Source: Eledone cirrhosa (Eukaryota). Taken from it: a DNA stretch of 64,000 nucleotides. Positions within the stretch are counted from its first letter, which is position 1. Every line of letters begins with the position of its first letter. The position numbers and the translations under genes are program-made. The notes beneath the pieces are model-generated. The model was not told where the DNA came from and ran no database searches. It saw only the letters and a program-made list of their open reading frames with translations. Positions 25,543 through 35,810 of the stretch are shown here, piece by piece. Where the stretch lies: positions 96,224,001 to 96,288,000 of the forward strand of contig OZ024745.1 in assembly GCA_964016885.1 (NCBI GenBank), in the 5' to 3' direction.

Positions 25543-25831
25543 AGTGTGTGTGAATATATATATGTGTGTGTTTATGACCAGTGCATGTAGATCACAGACA
25601 TCCACATATATATATATACACACACATACATATATATGTATATGTTTACACACACACACACATATATATATATACATACACTCACGTATATATATAGGCC
25701 TTCCAGTTTCATTTCACATTATATACATGTCTGTGTATATTTTTATTATTTAAAAATTATTTTTAAGTGAACACGATTTAAAAAAAAATATTTTAAAGTG
25801 AACATGACCCAACGGGTCACGGGTGGTCTAG
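24610..25831 (+). mobile_element. Non-autonomous Helitron (composite)
   Basis: A|TC 5' end (tctatctatatactactaaaa); 3' hairpin tgaccc-aac-gggtca followed by CTAG|T. Confidence 0.65.
24690..25178. repeat. 101-bp tandem array of Tc1/mariner-like mini-MITE units, about 4.8 copies
   Basis: gggaccc recurs at 24774, 24875, 24976 and 25077; each unit has inverted ends ggtgtccccgaaaaatgtatacac / gtgtatacatttttagggacccc and units are separated by (TA)n. Confidence 0.85.
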
Positions 25832-26414
25832 TTCTTTATAACATTGTTTACACCAAAACATTTGATGTAGTGATGACAAAATTGGGTACGATATGAAACA
25901 CTAAACAGTGCTCACGTAGTGTATCATGCATATTCTGAATACTTATTTATGTTTACATTATCTGGGAGAGCATGTTTTGAAGGACTTTGATAAGGAACAG
26001 ACACAGTCATGGATTAAAGACTCAATCCGCTTCTGATTTGGGATTCAATTTCTTTAAAAATGAAGCCCTCCAATTCAATCCAGGGCCTTCCCACGCATGT
26101 TGACCTCCACCGCTTTCTCTTTGGCTTTGGACATGTCAGGGTTGTAGCCGTACATACCAATCTTGGCCAATTGTGGGTTGGTGAAGCTATTTAACCCATA
26201 GTTGGGGTGGATGGCTGTTGATTCTGAGGATTTCATCCACCCTTATAACAGTTCTTGTTTTTGTTTTTTTATGTTGCTGGGGTTCCACTTTATCTATTAC
26301 CAGACTCATGTCTGGTGAGGGAGCCGCGGTTTAGCCATCGACTATGAAGCAGGTTGTACTGCGCTACATGGTAAAAGTAGCAAGCAGAAGCCTGACCTGA
26401 CATAGATGAGGTCT

Positions 26415-26464
<50 letters not shown>

Positions 26465-26686
26465 ATATCTGTTTGTATTTAGTTTTAATTCAGTAAGAAA
26501 TTGTTCTTTTTTCCCTGTATTTTTCGAGTGTTTTTAACTTCCAGCTCACTCGCAATCCACTTTCTCCACAAAATGGAAGGGGACAGGGATACCCTTCGAG
26601 TTACATATAAGCACCCATTTGCGGTTTTGTGAGAAATTGATTTTTTTCCCTATGTAAGTTTTTCTCTATATCAGTTTACCGAACGA

Positions 26687-26722
<36 letters not shown>

Positions 26723-26849
26723 TTCAGGGGCGGTGGAACTGGGGGACTAGGGGAAGCCATGCCCCCCCCCTCTCATTATATTTTTCTCCCCAAACTACCA
26801 AAATACACATCAATTCGTATATGCACTACAATTTATGTACATGTTATGT

Positions 26850-27200
26850 AGAGACAGACGGGAGATACAGAGAAGGGGAGAGTTTAGTGGTAATTGATAT
26901 AGAGAGGAAGGTTGGGAGAGTGTGTTGCATATTACATATAGAAAGAGGGAGAGATTAATGTTTATTGATATAGAGAGAGGAATTTGAAGAGAGTTCCGTG
27001 TAGTAGATATACAGAGGGAGAGAGATTTGTGAATTGATATAGAAAGTATTGACAGAGAATTCCATGTAGTAGACATAGAGAAGGGGGGAGTTTAGTACTA
27101 ATTGATATAGAGAAGGGTATTGGAAAAGAGCTCCGTGTAGTAGATACAGAGAGGGGGAGAGTTTGGTGTTAATTGATATAGAGGGAAAATTGGGAGAGAG
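26850..27200. repeat. Degenerate purine-rich tandem repeat
   Basis: Recurring aattgatatagagagg / gtagtagatacagagaggggagag motifs. Confidence 0.65.
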
Positions 27201-27204
27201 TGTT

Positions 27205-27535
27205 GTATCGCGAATACAAGCGGCCAAAATGGGATTCCTCCGAAGGGTCTTCGGAGTAACGTTACTCGATGAAGTGCGTAACCCGAAGATCAGAGTCACT
27301 CCATGTAGAGACGCTACTTCTCCGAATTGAGAGATCACATCTCCGATACTATAGTCATGTGGGTAGAATGTCCCAGGAAAGAATCGATGGGGAGATTTTA
27401 CAGGCAAAACCAACTGGCAGGAGACATAGGGGTAGACCCCGAACCAAATGGTTGGATAGCATCTATGGATGACAGGACCTGCTGGCGGGAGTGTTTGAGG
27501 AATCTGCCTCCGCGACCCTCTCAGGAAGAAGAAGA
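27205..27535 (+). mobile_element. RTE-like LINE 3' fragment
   Basis: RIQAAKMGFLRRVFGVTLLDEVRN..LLRIERSHLRYYSHVGRM..GRPRTKWLD. Confidence 0.75.
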
Positions 27536-28289
27536 TCTGAAATAATATATGACACTGTGATGTGGACAATTTTGCGGAGTAAACGGCAGTTCAGGAGTCT
27601 TGATGGCCACCCGCACGAAAAAGATAGCGGTCCCATTGAAGTCCCGGTATATGGTTATCTTCCTCTCCTCTGTCTTATGGGCGTCAGTTTGCTTTGTGAG
27701 AATTGTCTTTCGAGTAGCATAAACATTGTATGTAAATCATTAAAAATAAAAAATAAAAAATAAATAAAAACATGTGCGTTGGAAATTGTTGACGTTAATG
27801 GAGTATGAGTCCTTTTGTTTTTGCTCTCTACTGTTGTTTAAAATACTATTTGCATAAAGAAATACAAATAAGAATTGCAGTTTTTCTGAAACTAAGAGAT
27901 ATATTAACCACTTGATAGAATTCAGGACCAGTAATGTAATCACTCTGTAATTGTAAACATCTTGTATCACTATCATTCAGGCTTTGATTTTACTGAAGTC
28001 TTGCCCATGTGTTTTTTTTACAGAAAATCACAATTTCGGTTTTTACTGCAGATTTACCCATGCGAAATATTACACAAACTCACAGCCTTAGATTTTGTAC
28101 TTCTAGCGTTTTTATTTTCCTTCTTTTTGCATGTTCAGTGCTCTTTCTCTCCCACTGTATTTACCTGCCTCTCACATGACCACACTCCTCTCCACGCACT
28201 CATAATCTTCTCCCCCTTTCTCCACTTTCTATCCTTCCCCTTGCTCACCCCTTACTTCGTCCTCGCACACAGCCCACCTATGTATTTGT

Positions 28290-31200
28290 TCAATCCGCCG
28301 GTGGCCCGATGTTTCAACCGAACTATCACCGGCGATTGCCGATTGATAAAGTTGCCACCACTTTAACCTAGCCCACTCTAGGTGGCGGTGGCATGCGTCG
28401 AACGACCAAGAGACCTGCTTGGTGGAACGACTATGTGACAACCGGTCAGCCTTCGACCTCTCTTTCTCCACCAACTGCGGCACGCACGAGAGGAGCTAAC
28501 TTTCCCCCACCTCCTCTTCATGGCAGATTCCGAACGAATCCAACCCAGCCAACCACACCACCCCTACAACTGTTAGCTCACCACCCAACCTCCGCTCTAG
28601 TCCCACCGTTAGAACCACTGCTGCCTCCTTTACTGACTCACTCCCTCCACCGAATTCCAACGCTAGCCCTCTACTGTCGGTTGTTGCCAGCTCACCACCT
28701 GATTGCGCTCTCTGTGCCCGTACTAGCCGGTACTTAAAGACAATTAAATGTCACTTATGCCACGCAAGCTACCACAGAAGCTGTGTCGGCATCACCAAAG
28801 CTCAAGCCGAAAGGCTTCAACACTGGACCTGTAATTGGAGCCACTTCAGCTCCGATGTATTCCGTGGGGATGCCCCACGCTTCGTGCCCTCTCTAATTTA
28901 TTGAAAAACGTTTGCTCGTCCAACAATAGGTCTGACTGGCAGAAATTGTTTTTTTTTCGCCTCATCTCTCTTCACGTGTACAATGCGAATTCGGGTTCCC
29001 CCACGTCCTCTCTCAAGTGGCAGTTCCAGCTGTTTGAGTCCACTCCAACCACATCTCATCTGTTCGACATCGAGCTCGGTGTCCACCAACAGACAACCGG
29101 TAGACCTCAAGCGAACGGTCAATACCAAATTCAGCGAATTTGACATTAAAGGGGCTGTACGTCTCCTCTCTTCTCTGTCCTCCATTGCTCCGTGCAACTC
29201 TGATTCTCTTAAGCGACTGAAAGAGAAGCACCCATCGGCACCCCCAGATGATCAGCTACACTGGCCCGAACCACCAGAATACTCGAGACCGGTTTACACC
29301 ACCGATATCATCAGAAAGGCGATTTTATCCTTCTCCGCTGGGTCAGGCGCGGGAATTGACGGCCTTCATCCTCAACACCTGAAGGTTGGTATCTCCTTAT
29401 CGGCCGGTGACACCGGACTCGAGCTCTTGGAGAGTCTGACTCAGTTTGTGAATCAGTTCTCTTCAGTGAACGTTCTCCCGTTCATCCGCCCACTGTTCTT
29501 CGGTGCGAAGCTATTTGGTCAACGAGGACCTGCGCCCCATTGCGGTTGGCTGCACCCTTCGCCGCCTCACTGCAAAGGCGTGTTTGCTGTTGGTCTCCGA
29601 CTCACTGGGGGAGGAATTTTCCCCCATCCTGCTGGGGGTGGGTACCAAGTTGGGATATGAGGCTGCTGTCCACGCTATCAGAGCATTTACCAACTTGCCC
29701 TCCTCGTCTCACAAGGTCATCCTCAAACTTTACCTCAAGAATGCATTTAACTCCGTCAGCCGCGACATCGTCCTCGGCTCAGTAAGAGAGAGGGTCCCAC
29801 AACTCTACCACTTTGCTTGGCAGGCTTATCGGGAGCCCTCCTATCTCTCTTTCGGTGACCAAATCATCACCTCTGCCTCAGGAGTCCAACAGGGTGACTC
29901 ACTCGTTTGCACTGGGCATTGATGTCGTCACCAAGATGGAGGTTGAGTTGGACCTCAATGTCTGGTACCTCGACGACGCCTGTTTGGGGGAAACTCCGCA
30001 TATGGTTCTCGCCACTGCCAACAAGATGGTTGAGGAGCTCGGCCGCCGGGGTCTCCAGGTCAATAGCTCCAAATGTGAGCTTTGGATCCTCAACCACCCG
30101 GCTTCTCAACACCAACAGCTAATCGACCTGTTCGCAGAGTCCTTCCCTTCCATCACGGTCCCTCCCCCGTCGGCTTGGTGCTCCTCAGGAGCCCCAATCA
30201 CAGACCTGGCCTTCGAGTCAATCTTCCAATCGAAGATGATTGGCCTTGAGCAGCTGCTGAGGAATATCGAAGTTATCGAACCCCATCAAGGTTTCTTCAG
30301 ACTCAGTAACTACCTGTTTATTCCTAAGCTTCTGTATCTGCTCAGGGTCGGCCCCTTTCACAGATTTCCGTCCTGTCTCCAACGCTTCGACGACCTAATC
30401 TTCGAGGGACTCGAGTGTCTGGTCAATGTGAGACTCTCTCCGGATTTCCGCGATCAGGCTGCGTTGCCCAAGTGATTTGGGGGTCTTGGTCATCGTAAGT
30501 GTTCGTCCCTCTCTCTCCCCTGCTTCCTTTCCTCCACCCACGCTTCTCCACCCTGGTGAGCAGCATCCTCTCCTCTCCAACATGGACTAGTTCCAACAGG
30601 GAGTTGGGTGAAGCTCTCCAGCAATGGAATGAGAAGGTGGAGGACAGTCGAAATCAGAGAACTTGGGACAGCATAAGTTCGAAGGCCACCTTCGACTCCC
30701 TCTTCGTCCAGTCAGATCAGTTTACAAGGTGCCGCTTACTATCTGCCAGCGCCAAATACTCAGGCGACTAGGTCGATGCCCTACCCATGGCCAACGTTGA
30801 TGGCCTACTCAGCCTGGACGAACTTCGTGTCTCCATCGCCCTCAGAGTGGGAGCTGACGTCTGCATGGGTTTGAGGTGCCGATGCGGCAAACTCCTCGAC
30901 TCCACGGTCTTTCTTGCCGCCTGAATGCCGGCCACTTCGCGCGTCACACGGAGCTAAACCTCATTCTGAAGAGAGCTTTGGCCCGGGCGAATATCTCTCC
31001 AGTCTTGGAACCATCTGGGTTGTCCAGAAGTGACGGCAAAAGACCTGGCGGCCTTACCCTGTGCCCCTGGTCGAGAGGCAGGTGCCTTGTCTGGGTCGTC
31101 ACTGTTAGTGACTCTTTTGCTCTTTCCCACATCCTGGATGCTGCGGTTAGGACGAGAGCCACAGCTTCCGCAGCCGAGCGGATTAAGACCCTCAAATACT

Positions 31201-31715
31201 CTGATTTGTCGGCCAGCTACATTTTTCAGCCTGTGGCTTTCGAGACGTTTGAGGGAGTCGGGCCGCTGACTGCGAGGTTCCTCTCTTCACTGGTGGCTCG
31301 CATAATAGAGGTAACTGGCGAATCTCGCGAGGGCGCTTGGCTGTTTCAGCGCATCAGCCTCGCCATCAACCGAGGCAACGCTGCGAGTGTGCTGGCTTGC
31401 CTCAAAAATCATTAGAAAGGTTGCCCAGTACTCCTCGCGATGTTGCTGTCTTTTGTCTGTTGTTGGCTCGGTTGTTCACCTCTTCCTTTACATTTTCTTT
31501 AATATTGTAACATTAAAAGAATACACCTTTCTGAATGAATCCTGAGCAATTTATGTTATCGAAGCATTTGTAATGTTATTTATGTATATATTTAAAACAT
31601 ATTTGTTATGTTATTCTACTGTAAATTTATTTATATGCTCTGTTTATATTTTCATTCTGAAAGAATTGCAAACGATTTGCAATGTTATTTATACAACTAT
31701 GAATAAAGTATTAAA
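28290..31715 (+). mobile_element. Near full-length, decayed CRE-like non-LTR retrotransposon (PHD finger, RT, zinc knuckle, RLE)
   Basis: Frameshifted single ORF about 28393-31415: GSGAGIDGL.PQHLK, LRPIAVG.TLRRL, NAFNSVSR, GVQQGD, WYLDD, RLE; 3' UTR ends after aataaa at about 31702. Confidence 0.92.
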
Positions 31716-31998
31716 ATCATTTAGGAACTTTTGTGTACAGCATTTAGTATCTCCGGGTCCGTCGCCAAGTGGGCGGAGGGGGGCACTGCACATTAAGATT
31801 TAGAATAAATGACGACGATATGCTTATGTCGAAATTTCACAGTGCCCACTCACAATATTCTGAAGCCTCCTCTAGCCAAGAAGCCTGAGCATCTCACCGC
31901 TTAATTATGTGTGTACACAGCAAGTGTTATGAATTTGTGTTAAAATGATTTCTCCCTAATCCAAGGGGAGATAATTCCCATCGTTTATATCGACCAAT

Positions 31999-32568
31999 AT
32001 GGCGACTATAGGACGTACGCTTTTAGGTATTCGTCCAAGCTTTTTAATTTCTAATGGAACTAAATATTTTCAAAGGTCTTACTTGACACCTGTACCTAGT
32101 TACAAAAGGATAAATTTAGACCTTGTGTATCCGGAAAAACTTCCAGAAGCGCATCAAGAATACCCAGGCTTTAAAGTATGTAAAGAAGATTTTAAGTATG
32201 TTGAAAAACTTCTGCCGAAGGAAACTGTCCCTACACCGCCACCTGAAGCGTTAACAGGGGTTCCTACACCTTCGGGATGGGTATCCCCTTCTGAAAATGC
32301 CACAAAACATCCGTATTTTGTGAAACGAACGAAAAATCACATGTTTCCTTTATATCTAGAAGTTAAGTATGGTGGTACTCGCATCCTTACCAGAATTAGT
32401 AAAATCGATGGAAATATATGGAAATTGGAATCAGATTTACGACTACACTTGCAAGAGAAAGGCGTAAAAGAAGTATATACCCAGGTTCATGAAGTATCTA
32501 GTTTTATAAGGGTTAAAGGAGATCATTGTGAAGACGTATCTAAGTTCCTTTTATCTAAAGGATTCTAA
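31999..32568 (+). CDS. MRPL49: Mitochondrial large-subunit ribosomal protein L49 (mL49), intronless CDS
   Basis: Intact 189-aa ORF: PTPSGW..PYFVKRTKNHMFPLY..KIDGNIWKL..TQVHEV..IRVKG..FLLSKGF; N-terminus resembles a mitochondrial presequence; aataaa at 32764. Confidence 0.95.
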   Translation: MATIGRTLLGIRPSFLISNGTKYFQRSYLTPVPSYKRINLDLVYPEKLPEAHQEYPGFKVCKEDFKYVEKLLPKETVPTPPPEALTGVPTPSGWVSPSENATKHPYFVKRTKNHMFPLYLEVKYGGTRILTRISKIDGNIWKLESDLRLHLQEKGVKEVYTQVHEVSSFIRVKGDHCEDVSKFLLSKGF

Positions 32569-33004
32569 ATATTTATCAAAATATTTAGTTAAATATAAAC
32601 TGTTCTATACAAACGATCGAACCTTTTTGTCCATGGATGAAGTATTTGCGTTTGAGCAAATGTTTATTTTCTTTTATTGCTAGTGAACATTTATTTCTTA
32701 CTTTGGCAAATATATTGTATTATATCTAGTTTTATATTTCATCTCCACTACCGTTGTAGTTGGAATAAAATTGATTGAATTCATGACGTGTTTTGATATT
32801 TTTCGTTATAACTACGGCTTAATGACCTTTCCGACTTTGTTTCTTCATAACCCTTTTAATAATACAGATTTTCTTAAGCACGTTTGCAGAGGTACTTTTT
32901 CATGATATAAATTACGACCAAGTTGATGAAATTAAATATCTATAAGTTTTAGTTGTCAATTTTTCAAGAAATCACTCTTTATTTACAAAATTAAAAATTA
33001 TATA

Positions 33005-33100
33005 CCTAAATTTTATTCACGATTGTATAAATAACATTACAAATTATTCACAATTCAGAATGAAAATATAAATATACACATATAAATTGAAAATTTGTAG
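33005..33100 (-). mobile_element. 3'-terminal tail fragment related to the CRE-like element
   Basis: Reverse complement tttatattttcattctgaa..tttgtaatgttatttatacaa..gaataaa matches 31620-31710. Confidence 0.6.
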
Positions 33101-35384
33101 CCGACATCTCATCAATATACTTTTATTTGTAACTAGTACAGATAAAATATTAAAAGACGATTAAATTGAATTTTAGCTCTGTATTTTGTTAGCAATTAAT
33201 ATTATTTTTCTTTTAAATGTTTTTATTCCAGGATCTAATTCGTTTACTCATTATTACCCCACATTTCAAACGTAAACATTACCTAACTCTAAACCCTAGT
33301 TTATATGTTTAAAATGTAGAATAATAATGAAGAAGCTCCAGATTTTTCTAAGTTGCGGACACAACATTTCCGTTTGAATTGCTAGAAATAACAGCCAAAT
33401 TTCACTTATCACACTAACGTCTTAAATATAATGTTGTTTTAGGTATGCTATCCTTGAAAATAAGACAGATTTGTCATGGACTGGAACTCCTTTGATTATA
33501 TGTAAGTTCTATCAAGTTTGATCTTAAGTTAATTATATTTTGTTTATCATTCTCTCCTGACAATCAAATCTTATTTTCTCATTTCTTCAAGTGAATTCTT
33601 ACCACGTTCATGTTGCTGAAAGTTGATATTCCTTTGTTTTCTTTCAGTGTTGTCTTCCACATTGGAACATCCATAAACTTCTATATTTTACCTCACCAAG
33701 AGTAGTAGTGAATTTTGTAGGACTTTCAAGCATTTTACCTTGTAAATTGTCACCTGATGATTATTTACGAATTGGTTTCTTATTTAGCCACAAAACCTTA
33801 AATCTATAGCGAAAATGCATAATGTTCTGATACTGTGATGTTTTTCGTAAGTAGCATAAGTGTTATGAATTTACTCCAACTCGGTGTCAATGTAATACAG
33901 ACTAAAACTGAGAAAAGTTTATTATAATTTTCATGTTTGTTTTTAAATGTGGAAGTTATTTTAGGAGAAACTATAGGAAATTGAAGAGAATCCACCTTTA
34001 TCATCAACTTTTTACATCCAGACAAGACAGCATGATGACAAAGAAGAAGCTGGAGGGCTGGCAGCAGTGTTGATGAGAAAGTTGCTTCAAACGTTGCATG
34101 GAGGACAAGGAAGGCATTGAAATTTGCAAATTGTTGCCTGAAAGTTTAACACGAGTTCAGATGTCACTGTATACTGACACGAAGTTTAACACATGTTGAA
34201 ACTCAGGAGTTTGAATGTTACTTTATACTGACACACACCTCGGTCCTTTAACTATGGATATCAGCATTCTGAGATCTGAGTTTCACAAATTTTCTGTCAC
34301 CTCCATTGACAGCTCATAGCACTCGTTATCCATTCACTTAATATGTCTATAACTAAGAATAACCTTGGATATACTGACAAATACCTTTTAATATGAAATT
34401 CCTGATATATTCTCTACCTTTCATGCACATCTGATTATAGCCACCAACTTCTACAGTTCTCAATATTCATGTTTCAATTATTTGTAAGAACATGTTTCTC
34501 ATGCTTCATAGTTTGATTAGACTAGCTAGATACAAAAACCCACAGCTACATCTAGCAAGCCATCTGAGTAATCCATGGATCTTGTTTCATAGGTGTACCT
34601 ACTGCTGGCTACTTCTTTAGATGTAGCATATTTTAAGTTGTGGTTCCTGGTCAATCTGCCAGGAATCCCATTTCATCTTTTGTGTAGCCATTGTTAGCAG
34701 TATGTACATAGTATTGAGCTTCTATCAAATTCTTCCTTTCTTTATATTAAAACGTCACTTCTTAGTGCGTGCTTTCTGTTACTTCTAACTAGCACTTTAG
34801 TCTTTGCTAGGTTGGACTCATGACTCTTCTTTTAGGTTTAGACATTTTCATTTCTTTGGTTCCCTGACAAGCATTACAAGGTTGTCAACATATAGTTGTC
34901 AGCAGATGATGAAAGTTTCCAAGACTGAGAATAAATGAAAAGTTGAATAATGGTTTGCAATTGAATGAGGTTTCTAACTACCACCATACAACTATCCAGT
35001 GAAAATGGCAGGTATTTTCAATGAGCTTAATTGGATTAAGATTAACCCTTTAGGATTTAAACCGGCCACATTCGGCCAGAATTCTCTCACCTCTTTCTGT
35101 TCAAACCGGTTGTAACCGGCTGCTCATACTAATGCTAAGGTATGGTTCTCAAAATAAATAATATCAAAATCTCATAGATTCGATATTATGGGAGATAAAG
35201 CCTTTACTATGAAAATTCTATAGTAAATATTGAGTAATGTAAATGCTAAAAGGTTAACTAGCTTCATATAAGAGCTGAGTAAACATCATGTCCAACTAGA
35301 TACAAATACCTAAGATACATCAGTAATATACTTTTTCCCTATTTGATTCTGGCAAACAATACATTGAAAAATAGGATTGGGCTC

Positions 35385-35810
35385 AATCATCATTGTTTTT
35401 ACATCCACTTTTCCATGGGTTGGATGAGTCTTTCTCAGCATGACATCTCTACACATTGCAATCCTTTGTCATCGTCTCAGTGGTTTGAGGTCAGCTCTCA
35501 CAATCTCTGCTCAGGTCTTTCTAAGTCTACTTACAAAGTGACTTCCTTCCACTTCTTCACCCAATGATCATTGTCAATGCACACCACATGTCCAAACCAA
35601 AGCAGTCTTCTCTTCTGCACACCACTTTGTATTCCTCTTAAACCCAGCTTCTTATTCAACTTGTCCAAGCTCTGCTTCTCTTTCACACTTACATTGCCCA
35701 TCCAGTGGAGCATGGTTGCTTCATTTCTCTCTAGTTTACACATGTCCTCTGCAGTCACAGCCCATATTTCATTACCATGCAGCATCACACACATTAAAAC
35801 ATGAGAAACT
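35385..35810 (-). mobile_element. RTE LINE 3' fragment
   Basis: MLHGNEIWAV..LERNEATMLHWMGNV..RRLLWFGHV. Confidence 0.8.

Noticed and set aside
25054-25753. YIYI-rich ORFs here and at about 12.2, 13.3 and 22.0 kb
   Set aside because: Translations of (TA)n and (CA)n microsatellites
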